Of a stretch of DNA of 64,000 nt, positions 49,113-60,567 are shown in pieces. This DNA is from an uncultured delta proteobacterium (lineage in GTDB: Bacteria > Desulfobacterota > RBG-13-43-22), in the NCBI GenBank assembly GCA_963711835.1, contig CAVQFQ010000015.1:32001-96000 (forward strand), written 5' to 3'. Every line of letters starts with the position of its first letter. The stretch's first letter is position 1. The notes beneath the pieces were generated by a model. The model was not told the DNA's origin and did not search any database. It worked only from the letters and a program-made list of their open reading frames with translations. A program made the position numbers and the translations under genes.

Positions 49113-49952
49113 TTATTTATTTAATAATGGTAATAGATTCCTGGCCTCCTCCACGCTCGCCACCTCGTGACCCAGTTCCCTTATGATTCGGGTCGCTTTT
49201 TCCACCAGTTCGGCATTGCTCCTGGCCAAAACCCCTTTGGACAAATACAGGTTATCTTCGAAACCCACCCGCAGGCTGCCCCCCAGAAGAACGCCCATAA
49301 TCCCCATGGGGATCTGATGCCGTCCGATGCCGATGGCCTGCCAGGTGTAATCAGAGGGGAGACTTTCCTTCAGGGCTAAAAGATTTTTAAAAGTGGCCGG
49401 GATGCCGCCCATGACGCCCAGGACAAAACTCATCTGATAAGGCGGATCCAGAATCCCGGCCTGCCGGATCCAGAAATCCACATTCTGGATCATCGACAGA
49501 TCGTAGATTTCAAATTCCGGCATGACCTTCAGCTCTTTCATCCGCCGGGCGTACTGTTCCAGCATATCCGGGGTGTTGGGAAAAAGCTTGCGGCCGAAAT
49601 TCATGGAACCGGCATTCAGGGAGGCCGAATCGGGTCTCAGCTCTTCAACCGGTTTTAAGCGGTCTTCCGCCGAAAGGCCCAGGGTCGTGGCGCCGCCTCC
49701 GGTCGTGATCTGGGTGAGGATGGGACAGGCCGCCCGGATGGCCGAAAGGGTCTCGCGAAAAACGGCGGGGTCCGAAGTGGGTTCCCCGGTATCCGGGTTC
49801 CGGGCATGAAGGTGAACCACGGAAGCCCCGGCTTCATAAGCCCGCCGGGTTTCCTCAGCCACCTCATCGGCGGTGATAGGAAGATGGGGGTTATCCTTGC
49901 GGGTCGGGATACTCCCGGTCGGCGCCACCGTAATGATGACTTTGCGTCCCAT
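49113..49952 (-). CDS. Beta-keto acid cleavage enzyme (BKACE/Kce, DUF849)
   Basis: ITVAPTG, HLHAR, TTGG, RVGFEDN. Confidence 0.92.
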   Translation of the reverse strand: MGRKVIITVAPTGSIPTRKDNPHLPITADEVAEETRRAYEAGASVVHLHARNPDTGEPTSDPAVFRETLSAIRAACPILTQITTGGGATTLGLSAEDRLKPVEELRPDSASLNAGSMNFGRKLFPNTPDMLEQYARRMKELKVMPEFEIYDLSMIQNVDFWIRQAGILDPPYQMSFVLGVMGGIPATFKNLLALKESLPSDYTWQAIGIGRHQIPMGIMGVLLGGSLRVGFEDNLYLSKGVLARSNAELVEKATRIIRELGHEVASVEEARNLLPLLNK

Positions 49953-49970
49953 AGGGATCCTCCTTTAATT

Positions 49971-50075
49971 TACTGATACTGGATACTGGATACTGGATGA
50001 AAACAAAAAACGATACTGGATACAGGATAAAAAACAAGACCTGCCTTTTCCTTTTTCATCCAGTATCCAGTATCA
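49971..50075. repeat. Inverted heptamer repeat array (GATACTG)n...(CAGTATC)n
   Basis: GATACTGGATACTGGATACTGGATG ... CATCCAGTATCCAGTATC. Confidence 0.8.
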
Positions 50076-50086
50076 ATTAGTCCGAG

Positions 50087-50635
50087 CTAAGAATCAATCG
50101 GTTGAAAATAGAAATCCGTAATGGTTCCGTGTCGTTCTTCCCGGAAGACCGCCCGGACCCGGGTGCCGACCTTGATCTTGGCCACGTCCTCCACCTCCAT
50201 GTTGGTCATCATCAGAAAATGACTGCCGTCGAGTTGGACATAGGCGCAGACAAAAGGCACTTTTTTAATAAAGGAGCTGGTCGTGTAGTACTGGACCGTA
50301 AAGGCCTTGATGATGCCGGTTCCTTCCAGGGGGACCCACTCGGTGGGCTGGTAGCACAGGGAACAATGGCCCCGGGGCGGGCAATAGACCTTGCTGCATT
50401 CGGGGCATCGGGCCCCGTAGATTTTTTTATTTTCCCGGATTTCCCGAAAAAACCGGGACTGCTGCCCATAGGAATATTTGTAAAGGACTTCCATCTTGTC
50501 CGGGATCTGGAGCGGCTGGTCCATGGCTATGCGGCCCGATAATTCCTCTTCGAACTCCCGCTTCAGATACTCCACCGGAATCCCATATTTTTCATGATGG
50601 TAGCGATACCACTTCTCTCGTTCCTGCTCGTTCAT
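50087..50635 (-). CDS. DUF35 Zn-ribbon/OB-fold protein
   Basis: CPECSKVYCPPRGHCSLC; overlaps the thiolase stop. Confidence 0.9.
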   Translation of the reverse strand: MNEQEREKWYRYHHEKYGIPVEYLKREFEEELSGRIAMDQPLQIPDKMEVLYKYSYGQQSRFFREIRENKKIYGARCPECSKVYCPPRGHCSLCYQPTEWVPLEGTGIIKAFTVQYYTTSSFIKKVPFVCAYVQLDGSHFLMMTNMEVEDVAKIKVGTRVRAVFREERHGTITDFYFQPIDS

Positions 50636-51837
50636 GATTGGTTCCCCCTTTCCAATACCAGGCAAACCGTCCAGGTACACAGGGTTCCGCCGATGCTTTG
50701 CACCAGTCCCCGTCGGGCGCCTGGGACCTGCCGCTCACCGGCCCGGCCGCAAAGCTGCAGGTAAATTTCATAGGTCTGCATAATGCCGGTGGCCCCCACG
50801 GCGTGGCCGCAGCCGATCAAGCCTCCGCTCAGATTGACCGGCAGCTCCCCGTCGGGCATAACCACCCCCTCGTCGATCAGGCGCCCGCCCTGCCCTTCCT
50901 CGCAAAAGAAGCAGTCTTCATAGGCCATGATTTCCGTTCCGGTGAAGGCGTCATGGAGTTCAGCCAGGTCCAATTCTTTGAGCGGATCGCTTATTCCCGC
51001 CATTTTGAAGGCCTTTTGGGCCGCCAGCCTCGAAGATTCAAAAGTATAGATATTGTCCCGATTGCCGGGCATAACGTAATCCACCGAGCAGCCCAATCCG
51101 CTGATCCAGATTGGGTTATCGGTTAATTTTCGGGCCACTTCCTCCGAAGCCAGGATGACCGCCGACGACCCTTCGGTATACAGACAATTATCGTAAAAGC
51201 GAAAGGGTTCGACTATTTTTCGGGAATTAAGCACCTCTTCCAGCGTTAGAACCGCCGGCGACTGGGCAATGGGGTTCTTGGTGGCGTTGAAATGGTTTTT
51301 GATGGAAACCTTGGCCATCTGTTCATCGGTGGGATTGCCGTATTTTTCCCGGTGGGCCACCACCGCCAGGGCAAACCCCGAGGCGGCCGTCCGGCCGGCC
51401 GGGTTGTCATAGGTCATGTCGGCCGTATAAAGGATCGCCCGCAGCACCTCCGGGGTCGCGGCCTCGAGTTCATAGTTATAGGCGTCGGCACACTTTTCCA
51501 CCCCCAGGACCAGGCAGATATCATATAACCCGCTGGCCACCTCGGAATAGCCGATTCGCAGGGCCGCTCCCCCGGTGGCGCCGCCGGAATTGACCCTGAC
51601 CATGGGCTTCAATCCCAACCCCAGATAGTCATGGACAAAGGCATCGGGCTGATACTGGCGCTGAAAAAAATCATTGTAGATCCCATACACGGCGCAATCG
51701 ATGTCCTGGCGTTTTAAGCCCGCATCCTCCAGGGCCATCTTGGCCGCATCAAAGGCCAGCTCGTAATAGGTCTTGTCGATCCAGCGGGCCTTGAATTTGG
51801 TGCTTCCCGCTCCCACAATGGCGACTTTTCTCATCAT
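50632..51837 (-). CDS. SCP2-type thiolase-fold protein
   Basis: ELHDAF, NLSGGLIGCGHAVGATG; SGGATGG at the usual catalytic Cys position. Confidence 0.9.
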   Translation of the reverse strand: MMRKVAIVGAGSTKFKARWIDKTYYELAFDAAKMALEDAGLKRQDIDCAVYGIYNDFFQRQYQPDAFVHDYLGLGLKPMVRVNSGGATGGAALRIGYSEVASGLYDICLVLGVEKCADAYNYELEAATPEVLRAILYTADMTYDNPAGRTAASGFALAVVAHREKYGNPTDEQMAKVSIKNHFNATKNPIAQSPAVLTLEEVLNSRKIVEPFRFYDNCLYTEGSSAVILASEEVARKLTDNPIWISGLGCSVDYVMPGNRDNIYTFESSRLAAQKAFKMAGISDPLKELDLAELHDAFTGTEIMAYEDCFFCEEGQGGRLIDEGVVMPDGELPVNLSGGLIGCGHAVGATGIMQTYEIYLQLCGRAGERQVPGARRGLVQSIGGTLCTWTVCLVLERGNQS

Positions 51838-51920
51838 GCCTCCTTTTCTTTTTCCGAAATTTTCTTTGTCGTGATCACAAGAAAAGAGAATGTTTACGGA
51901 TTTCGAAAAAGCCCAACCTC

Positions 51921-52061
51921 CCATGTTGATCAAAAATGCCCGGATTCAAGGCACCCGAAATTCCGAGGAATGAAACCTACGTTGAATTACGCAGGAATGA
52001 CGAGGATGAGGGCTATCCCGCGAAACGCGGGCTGTATGGGCGTTTTTCAATGCCCTGCAAC
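51921..52061. mobile_element. MITE-like repeat
   Basis: AAAAATGCCC ... GGGCGTTTTT inverted ends. Confidence 0.6.
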
Positions 52062-52783
52062 TTAGCCGCCGAGATAGGCCTTCTTCACATGCTCGTTCTG
52101 AATCAAATCCGAGCCCTTTCCCTGAAGGGTGATGGAACCGGTTTCCAGTACGTAGCCTGATGGGCCAGGCGAAGGGCCATCTGTGCATTTTGCTCCACCA
52201 CAATAATGCCCACCTCCTTACGATTTATCTCGCCGATAATCCGGCCTACTTCCCTAACCATGAGAGGCGCCAGACCCATGGAAGGTTCATCCAGAGCAGA
52301 AGCTTCGGATTGGACATGAGAGCCCGGCCGATAGCCAACATTTGCTGTTGCCCACCACTCAGGCTGCCTGCCCGTTGATTTTGACGGTCCCTTAAAATAG
52401 GGAAGTGTTCATAAATGGTTGATAGATTCGCTTGGATCTCTTTTTTATCCTTCCTCCGGCATAGGCCCCCATCATCAGGTTTTCCTTGACGGTCATAAAG
52501 GGGAATAGTCTTCTTCCTTCCGGAACATGGGCAATTCCGGACTCGAACAACCTCCTGCGGCGGTAGGCCGTTGATGTTCTTTCCCTCAAATAAAATCTCT
52601 CCGCTTGCGATGCCGAATCAATCCGGAAATGGCCCGCAAGGTGGTGCTTTTCCCGGCCCCGTTGGCTCCGATCAGGGTCACGATGGTCCCAGCCTCCACC
52701 TGAGCAGAGATACCTTTTCAGGACGGAGACCGTTCCATAATAGACCCGCAGGTTTTGCACGGACAACCAGTCCGGTCACTCAT
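52062..52783 (-). pseudogene. livF: LivF-like ABC ATPase, multiply frameshifted
   Basis: IAHVPEGRRLFPFMTVKENL, SGGQQQMLAIGRALM and KAYLGG fragments in different frames. Confidence 0.75.
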
Positions 52784-53546
52784 CCCAACCTCGCTTCCCA
52801 GGTAGGCTTCGATCACCAGAGGATTGCTGTTGGATTTCCTGGGGGGTTCCCTCGGCAATCTTCTGCCCGTAATTTAGGACCACCATGCGGTGACTGGCAC
52901 TCCATGATGGCCTTCATGTCATGTTCGACTACCATCAAGGCGATCCCTTTCCCCTTCAATCCCCGGATCAATCCGATAAACTGCGGGACTCTTCCGGATT
53001 CATACCGGTTAGCGGTTCATCCAAAAGCAACAGGCGGGGTTGGGCAGCCAGAGCGATGGCGACTCCCAAGGCCCGTTGGTACCCATGAGGCAGATTCTGG
53101 GCCGCTTCGTCTTTAACCGCCAGCAGATCGAGATAGGTCCGGATATCTCCAGACCGCTCCTGGCGACAGCCGCTTCGTCGGACTTGGCCTTGGCTTCGGT
53201 TCAGAAGCAATCCGAGAAATTGGCCTTGATCATCAGGTGATGGGCGATGATCAGATTGTCCCAGACCGATCGCTGCATAAAGAGAGCGTTTCCCTGGAAG
53301 GTGCGAACCAGCCCTTTCCGGGCTATCCGGTCCGGGCGAAAGACCGGTGATGTCTTCCCCGTTAAAAAAAATCTTGCCCGTTGAAGGCGGCAGAAAGCCG
53401 CTGATCACATTAAAGAGGGTGGTCTTGCCCGATCCGTTCGGACCGATCAGTCCCAGGATCTCTCCGGCCTTCACCTCCAAGCTCAATTCCTGGAGGGCCG
53501 ACAACCCGCCGAAGTTCTTGGTTATGGTTTCAATTGTAAGGAGCAT
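52780..53546 (-). pseudogene. livG: LivG-like ABC ATPase, multiply frameshifted
   Basis: GPNGSGKTT, LPHGYQRALGVA, LLLDEP. Confidence 0.75.
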
Positions 53547-53571
53547 CAAGGTCCGCTTTCCTTTTCCCCGG

Positions 53572-54511
53572 TTATCCCTTCTTGATTTTCCCCCGTATCC
53601 GGGCCGGCAGGGTGATAAGTCCTCCCGGCAAAAGAAACATGACCAGGATCAGGATCACGGCATACACTACGGGTTCATACTCCTTGGTCTGTCGCAACAT
53701 TTCAGGCACCAGGGTCATAAAAAAAGTCCCCAAGACCGGTCCCAGGACACTGCCGGTTCCCCCGACAATGACAAAAAGCAGGCAGTAGATCGACTGCCAG
53801 ATGGTGAAGAATTCCGGGCTGGTAAAATTGAAGATAATGGGCATAAACGCTTCCGCTGATACCGGCCAGGAAAGCAGCCCCAGACAAAAGGCGATCAGTT
53901 TGTATTTCATGAGGTTGATTCCGATGGATTCGGAAAGGATGTCGTTTTCATGAATCGCGGAAAATATCTTGCCCATCCGGCTTCGTTCAATGGCCACCAT
54001 GACCAGGTAGGTCAGCCCGGAAATCACCAGGATGAGATAGTAGAAGGGAATCCGGTTGCCGAAGGAAATCGAAAATACCGGGGTCGGCGACGGGATACCG
54101 GGAATCCCGCCCGATCCCCCCAGCAAACCCGGGCCAATTGACAATGACCAGGCGGATGATTTCGGCAAAGGCAAAGGTGATGATAGAGAAATAAACCCCC
54201 TTGATACGCAGGGTGGGATAGCCGATCAGAAGGGCCAGGAAGGCGGCAGCCAGTCCGGAAAGGGGGAAGGCCAGCCAGAAGGAAAGGCCGGCCTTCATGA
54301 CCAGCAGAGCGGAGGCATAGGCCCCGGCGGCCATGTAGGCGGCATGGCCGAGGGTCAACTGACCGGTGGACATAATCAACCGAACCCCCCAGACCGAAAC
54401 GGACCACATACCGGCTGTGATCAGGATACTCAGGATGTAGGGGTCCTGGGTAACGATCGGAAAAACCACCAGGAGATCAGGAGTAGAAGGGACTCTTTAA
54501 CTGTTAGCCAT
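53572..54511 (-). pseudogene. livM: LivM-like permease, frameshifted
   Basis: GQLTLGHAAY, SRMGKIFSAIHEND and GGTGSVLGP in different frames. Confidence 0.78.
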
Positions 54512-55363
54512 GGCCAAGAAGCCCCTGCGGTCTAAAAAGTAAGACCAGCATGACGATGGCGAAACCCAGGATCTCGGTAATGCCCCCTAAGAAGGTATAG
54601 CCGATGCTTTCGACAAACCCGAGCAGCAGCCCGCCGAGAATGGCGCCGGGGATGCTGCCCAGCCCCCGATGACCACCACTACCAGGCCTTTCAACATGGC
54701 ATGCATCCCCAAAAATGGATTGACCACAAAAAGAGGGGCCAAAAGCGAGCCGGCGGCCCCGGCCAGGGCCGAACTGACGGCCATACAGGTCACGAAGGTC
54801 GAAGTTACGCCCGATCCCCTGAAGGGCGGCCGCTTCCCGGTCCTGGGCAACGGCCCTCATGGCCTGGCCCACCCGGGCAAATTTTATAAAAACCGTCAAG
54901 GCTACCATCAGAAAGGATGGCTGCTATGATGACAAAGAGCCTCTCCATCGACAGGGTGACTCCGGCCGCTCTAATCACCCCGGAAAAAACCGGGGTGACG
55001 GACTGGTCCTTCTCACCGAAGACCAGGAGAGAAAGACCGCCGATCAGCATGGCCACCCCGACCGCGATGACCAGACTGGGATCGTGCTTGTCCTCGAAGG
55101 GCCGGAAGAAAACGAGATAGACGATGCCCCCACCGGATGGCGATCAGGACCATGCTCAGGATCAGGGCCGAAAAATAATTCAATCCCAGCCGCTCGCAGA
55201 GCAGGTACGTCGCAAAGGCCCCCAACATGTAGAATTCGCCATGGGCGAAATTCAACAGGCGCATGATCCCGTATATCAGGCTGAAGCCCGAGGCGATTAA
55301 AGCGTAGGTCAGCCCCAGCATCAAGCCATTGACGGCAATTTGAATGAAAAAGGAAGAGGTCAT
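54504..55363 (-). pseudogene. livH: LivH-like permease, frameshifted
   Basis: GFSLIYGIMRLLNFAHGEF, GQAMRAVAQD, FRPQGLLG. Confidence 0.78.
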
Positions 55364-55375
55364 CCCCAAGCCGAT

Positions 55376-56581
55376 CATCAATGGAATCATGGGCAACATC
55401 ACGCCCCGGTTATTCAACTTGCCGCCCTGCAGTTCGGAAATATACACCGGCGTAACGATCTGACGGTTTATTCCGTAATAGTCCTTGCCGGCGAATCGGC
55501 TGATCCCGAAAAGCGTTTTCCATTCCGGGGTCTTATCCAGGACCTCTTTGACTTTGACGGTATCCAGGCTGCCGGCCTTTTCAATGGCCTGGACCATGAT
55601 GTCCAGATACAGATGGTACTTGGGGGTCACCGGATCAAACGGTTTTCCGTAAAAGGCGATGTAATCATCGTGGAATTTTTTTTGTGCCTCGCTGGCAAAG
55701 GCCCCCAGGAGGTCGTGGGTATTGCTAATATGCCCTTCGGCATTCTGGACGCCGGCTATCTTGCAGAACTCCGCCGGATCAAGGGTCGTCCCGGCAAAGG
55801 TCCTCCCTTTATAGCCAAGCTCCCGGGCCTGTTTGATGATCAGGGCCTGGTCTCCCGGCGGCACCCCGGTCACATCAATAAGGTCCGGGTTGGTCAGGAT
55901 CAGTTTGTTCAAAAGGGGATAAAAATCGGAAATGCCCCGTTCATAAAACTGGGAAAAAACCACTTTGAACTGATGTTGTTCCGCAATCCGCCGGCAGTCC
56001 TTCTCCACATTCAAGCCGGTGACGTCATTCGGTTCGATAAAGGCTACGGTATTAATTTTGGGATAGTTTTTAGCCACCCAGGCATACATGGACGGCAGGA
56101 TCTCATTGGAGGTCAGGACCAGGCGAAAGCTGTAGGGTTTATCCGGAGAAAGGATCTCTTTGGAATATGAATTCAGGAAAAAGAGGACTTTGTTGGGTTC
56201 GGTGATGGGTTGGGCTGCCAGGAGCACGGCCGAGGACTGGGAACCCAGAATAAATTTGACTTTGTCCCGGTTGACCAATTTTTCAGCGGCCATACGACCG
56301 GCGGCGGCATTGTACTTGTCGTCCTCCCAGATAATCTCGATCAGGACCTTTTCACCGCCCACATTAATGCCGCCCTGGGCGTTGACTTCCTTTTGTTTGA
56401 TGGTGATCGCTTTTTGGGCCGCCAGGCCCCACATGGCCGCCTTTCCCGAAAGCGGAAAAATCGCCCCGATCTTAAGCACTTTTTCCGCTGAAAACGATTG
56501 GGAAGGTAACAACAGGCCGCCAATAACCAGACCCAGAAGCAGGAGACCGTAAAATCCCCCCTTGATTTGTCGTGTTTTCAT
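55376..56581 (-). CDS. LivK-like ABC substrate-binding protein
   Basis: Signal peptide, IGAIFPLSG, NAQGGI...EDD; the apparent run-on into livH is probably a 1-nt insertion at the stop. Confidence 0.85.
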
Positions 56582-56889
56582 AGCCAGGTCCTCCTTTTTA
56601 GTTAAAACGGTTTTCTTCGCTCAGGAAGATTGGAATAATTTAACTGCCAAGTATATTGACCCAACAACTGTTTTTGGGGTTTATTTTTCGGGCCGGCCGC
56701 GCCCCGTATAAGGCGGTCGTTTTTTATTTAAGAAAGAGCTTAGAAATTTAATTAGATTTTTTATTAGTTCTTGAGAGGGTTGTCAAGAAAAACTTCCAAC
56801 TTTTCCTCCCTCTGAAACCTTTCATCTTGTCCGCCTTTAATTAAAATTCTTAAAACGTTTTTCCGATAACCCGATTCCAAATCTCTAAA

Positions 56890-56975
56890 AAGTCCCTCCC
56901 AACCCCCTTTAACAAAGGAAGGAGACTTGTGGAATAGAATCCCCCCCCTTGGAAAGGAGGGCCAGGGGGGATTCA
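56890..56975. repeat. CCCCC/GGGGG hairpin repeat
   Basis: Related to 43054-43131. Confidence 0.55.
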
Positions 56976-57006
56976 AAAGGCCGTTTTTTGCTGGCCTATC
57001 TCAAAG

Positions 57007-58095
57007 TTATGGCAAAGCCCTTTTAAAGGCCGATATAAAATCATCCGTCGTCGTCCCCGGGATCTCCACATCGGGACGCTCGAACAGCTTTTTTATTTCA
57101 AGGCCGACCGGTTCCGGATCGCAGGCTTTACCCTTTAGGGCCATTTCCATATCCTGGATCACCTGATAGGGGGAGGGATGGAAATCTCCGGTGATGATCA
57201 GGTCCTGAATCCGATTATCTTGGATGAGCAGGGTCACCCGGATCAGGCCCGCCGGGGCCTTGTGCCGCCCCTCACTGACCACCGCCCCGGCCGGTTTAGC
57301 GGCAAACCGCAGCCGTTCCGAGTTGGCGTAAAACCAGGCCTCGGCGGTAAATGCTTTCTGATATTCCGCGGCATAGGTTTTTTCCGAATCCGTCAATTCG
57401 CCGGGCTTCAGGTGCAGGGCCGGGCCGAAGGTCCTTTCCACCACCTCGACCAGGAGCCCGTCGAGGTCCGCTTCGCTGATTTTTCTTCCGGCCTCGGCTT
57501 CCAGGCAGGTAAACCGGGCTCCGATCTCTTTTATTTTCTTGTCCTGAATTTTCTCCGGGGCCACCCGAATGGCCCGGTCCAGGATGTCCCGGTCGGTAGG
57601 CACCAGATTAATCACATAGCGAAGGGTCAGGATGCTGTTTTCAAGCCGGGCGGAGGTGGCGACTAATTTTCTTCCCTTCACTTCGACATCATTTAAGGGC
57701 CGGTAGACAGCCGGTATGGAAAACCGGCGGCTGAGAGAAGCCGCCAATTCCGGCACCCCTTTCTGAAAGGCCTCTTTAACCGACTTGAGCGGCACCCACG
57801 GGTCGGCGGTGTTAAGATAGAAAACGATCAGGCCGCCTCCGGCCGGGCCCCAGACTGCACCGCCCGGGTTTTGTCTTCTCCGGACCATAATGCCTTCCCG
57901 GCGGCAATAGTCCAAGTCCACCGATTTCTCGGGGTCTTCCAAGACCCCAATGGTAAAACTGCCTTCCCGGAAAATATTCAGGACAACGGTGTTCGGCGAT
58001 TCCCCTTTTTCCAGGGCTTTCTCCAGTGCCGGTGAGACACTGGTGGAAAAATCGGCGTAGCTGAAGTCCGTCTGGATAAGGCGCAGGTCGGGCAT
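57007..58095 (-). CDS. Lipoate-protein ligase A-like protein with C-terminal domain
   Basis: RRQNPGGAVW, PLNDVEVKGRKL, KAPAGLIRV, ITGDF. Confidence 0.85.
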   Translation of the reverse strand: MPDLRLIQTDFSYADFSTSVSPALEKALEKGESPNTVVLNIFREGSFTIGVLEDPEKSVDLDYCRREGIMVRRRQNPGGAVWGPAGGGLIVFYLNTADPWVPLKSVKEAFQKGVPELAASLSRRFSIPAVYRPLNDVEVKGRKLVATSARLENSILTLRYVINLVPTDRDILDRAIRVAPEKIQDKKIKEIGARFTCLEAEAGRKISEADLDGLLVEVVERTFGPALHLKPGELTDSEKTYAAEYQKAFTAEAWFYANSERLRFAAKPAGAVVSEGRHKAPAGLIRVTLLIQDNRIQDLIITGDFHPSPYQVIQDMEMALKGKACDPEPVGLEIKKLFERPDVEIPGTTTDDFISAFKRALP

Positions 58096-58126
58096 AGGTT
58101 TCCTTATAAAAGCGGGAGGCCCTTCA

Positions 58127-59371
58127 TCAGAAGGTTCTCCCCCGGCGTTGGTCCTCGACAACCGGCCCCCCGGTGAGGCCGTCCGAGACAATGATTTCGT
58201 TGAAAGCCAGCAGGGTCTCCCGCTTCAGTTTTTTCGACAAGGCTTCCAAATCCAATTGGCCTTCCCGGCCTTCAACCAGCAGGGTCAGCCTGTCCACTCC
58301 CTGGGGATTGCTGACAACGACCCGGTAATTTTTCCCGGCCCCGGGAAGACTCTGAAGAATAGGAGCGATCTGGGAGGGCCAGAATTTGACCCCTTTGATC
58401 TTAAGCATTTCATCGGTCCGGCCCAGGATCCCCTTCGGCATGGTCAGCGGCCGGCCGCAGGCGCAGCTTTCTTCGCGGATAAAGGTCAGATCGCCGGTGC
58501 GATAACGGAGCAAGGGGGCCGCCTCCTTGTATAAGTGGGTCAGAACCAGCTCTCCTTTTTCACCGGGAGGGACCGGGAACCCGGTATCCGGCTCGATTAC
58601 TTCGGGATAAATAAAATCTTCCATCAGATGGAGCCCCTGGTCGAACCGGCAGCTCCGCGCAATGGGCATGCATAGGGCCATGCTGTAGGAATCAATAATC
58701 CCGAGGTCACGCCCAAAACCCGCTCGAACTTTATCCGCGTAACCCTCCACCGAGGAAAAGGGCTCTCCGCCCACGAACAGCAGCCGGACCGACGGGATCC
58801 CGATCTCGGCCAGCTTCAGGGCAAAGGTAGGATTGGAAATCAGAACCGTCACCTGATAACGGTTGATGACCTCCACGGCCCGCTCCGATTCCCCGGGGCC
58901 GAGAGGTATGACTTTGGCTCCGTAATACTCCAATTGATTCTGGTAAAACAGCCCAGCGATAAAGAGGTGGTAGCCAAAGGTGACAGCGCAGATGTCGTCC
59001 TTTGTTACACCTGCTGCCACCAAGGTTTGAGCGCAGACGCGATGCATCCGATCGAGGTCATTTTGAGTATTATAGACCGGATACAACTCCTTGCCCGAAG
59101 GGGAAAAATTGATTCGAGTTACCCCGGGCAGGAATAAGGAGCACTCGGAAGGTTTTTTCTGCAGTTCGCCCAGAATTTCCTTGCTGGTCGTAAAGGGAAC
59201 CCTTCTAAAATCATCCCAACTTTTTATATCGGAAGCCTTCAGACCGGCCTGCTCAAATTTCTTTCCATAGAAATTGAGCCGGGAACCTTCCTGGAGTTGG
59301 GTCTTCAACCGGCTCAGCCATTCATCCTTCATGCCCGCCGTCCTTTTGGACACACTATGCTCTTCCTTCAT
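58127..59371 (-). CDS. Phenylacetate-CoA ligase-family protein
   Basis: VPFTTS, GELVLTHL...PLLRYRTGD, GRTDEMLKIKGV. Confidence 0.85.
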   Translation of the reverse strand: MKEEHSVSKRTAGMKDEWLSRLKTQLQEGSRLNFYGKKFEQAGLKASDIKSWDDFRRVPFTTSKEILGELQKKPSECSLFLPGVTRINFSPSGKELYPVYNTQNDLDRMHRVCAQTLVAAGVTKDDICAVTFGYHLFIAGLFYQNQLEYYGAKVIPLGPGESERAVEVINRYQVTVLISNPTFALKLAEIGIPSVRLLFVGGEPFSSVEGYADKVRAGFGRDLGIIDSYSMALCMPIARSCRFDQGLHLMEDFIYPEVIEPDTGFPVPPGEKGELVLTHLYKEAAPLLRYRTGDLTFIREESCACGRPLTMPKGILGRTDEMLKIKGVKFWPSQIAPILQSLPGAGKNYRVVVSNPQGVDRLTLLVEGREGQLDLEALSKKLKRETLLAFNEIIVSDGLTGGPVVEDQRRGRTF

Positions 59372-60528
59372 GCTTTCAAAAATTCCTTATAGATCTCCCT
59401 TTGAATGACCAGATTCATGATTTCATTGGTGCCTACGGCCACCATGCCTCCCCGGGCATCCCGGAAATGGCGCTCGATGTCCATCTTGGTCGTGAATCCG
59501 ATCCCGCCCATGATCTGCAGGGCCTCGTTGGCTACCCAGAAGGAGTTTTCGGCGGCAAAGACCTTAGCCATGGCCGCCTCCTTGACCACCTCCTGGCCGG
59601 CATCCATCATCCGGGCCGCTTTGATGCGCAGGAGGCGGGCGGCTTCGATCCGGGTAGCCATCTCGGCCACCTTGAAGCTGATGGCTTCAAATTCCCGGAT
59701 CGGCCGGTGAAAGGCGTAGCGTTCCATGGAATAGCGCACGGCTATTTCATAACAGCTTCTGGCCGTGCCGACCAATCCGGCGGCGACGACGATCCGCTCG
59801 CTGTTCAACATATCCATCAGGATGGGAAAACCTTGATTCTCCCGGCCGATCAAATTTTCAGCCGGGACCTTGACGTTGTTGAAAATGAGTTCCGAAACGA
59901 TCCGCAATCCCCGCCAGCCCATGGTGTCGAACTCTTCCAGGGCGATGATATTCGGGTCCCCCTTTTCCACGGCAAAAACGCTCATCCCCTGGGTGGGATG
60001 AACATCGGGATTGGTGATGGCAAAGACGACAAACAGATTGGCTACGCCCCCGCTGGCCTGAAAGCGTTTTTCCCCGCTCAGGAGGTAATGATCCCCGTTT
60101 CGGACCGCCCGGGTCTTCATCCGGGCCGCATCGGAACCGCAGGTAGGCTCGGTGATGCATTCGGAGGTAATGGTTTGAGCGCTGAAGATCCCGGGCAGAT
60201 ATTTTTTCTTCTGTTCTTCCGTCCCGTAGTTGTTGATGATAAAGGCGCAATGATGGGGGACGCTCCGAGCGCAGGCCAGGGCATAGGATTGGGCGGCGGT
60301 TTCCTCATTGACGATGGCCTCATGGAGCATATCCTTGCCCCCGCCGCCGTATTCCGCAGGGAAGCGAACGCCGATATAATGCCGTTCGCCCATTTTTTTC
60401 AACAACTCAAAGGGATATTTATTCTCCCGGTCCATGGCCTTCACGTGGGGACCGGCCTCCTTTTCAAAAAAAGCCCTGGCCTCCTGCGCATAGGCTTGCT
60501 CTTCCGAGGTGTAAAAAATGGACTCCAT
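59368..60528 (-). CDS. Acyl-CoA dehydrogenase
   Basis: ITEPTCGSD, MGGIGF, GTNEI. Confidence 0.92.
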   Translation of the reverse strand: MESIFYTSEEQAYAQEARAFFEKEAGPHVKAMDRENKYPFELLKKMGERHYIGVRFPAEYGGGGKDMLHEAIVNEETAAQSYALACARSVPHHCAFIINNYGTEEQKKKYLPGIFSAQTITSECITEPTCGSDAARMKTRAVRNGDHYLLSGEKRFQASGGVANLFVVFAITNPDVHPTQGMSVFAVEKGDPNIIALEEFDTMGWRGLRIVSELIFNNVKVPAENLIGRENQGFPILMDMLNSERIVVAAGLVGTARSCYEIAVRYSMERYAFHRPIREFEAISFKVAEMATRIEAARLLRIKAARMMDAGQEVVKEAAMAKVFAAENSFWVANEALQIMGGIGFTTKMDIERHFRDARGGMVAVGTNEIMNLVIQREIYKEFLKA

Positions 60529-60567
60529 TGAAATCCTCCTCCAACTTGTTAACTTTTTAAAAAGTGG

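Noticed and set aside
49971-50075. Possible CRISPR array
   Set aside because: 7-bp tandem units in inverted arrangement, no spacers, no cas genes
55013-56581. Apparent LivK-LivH fusion protein
   Set aside because: Removing one T gives CCA TGA TGA just before the livH ATG at 55363, and the region is full of indels
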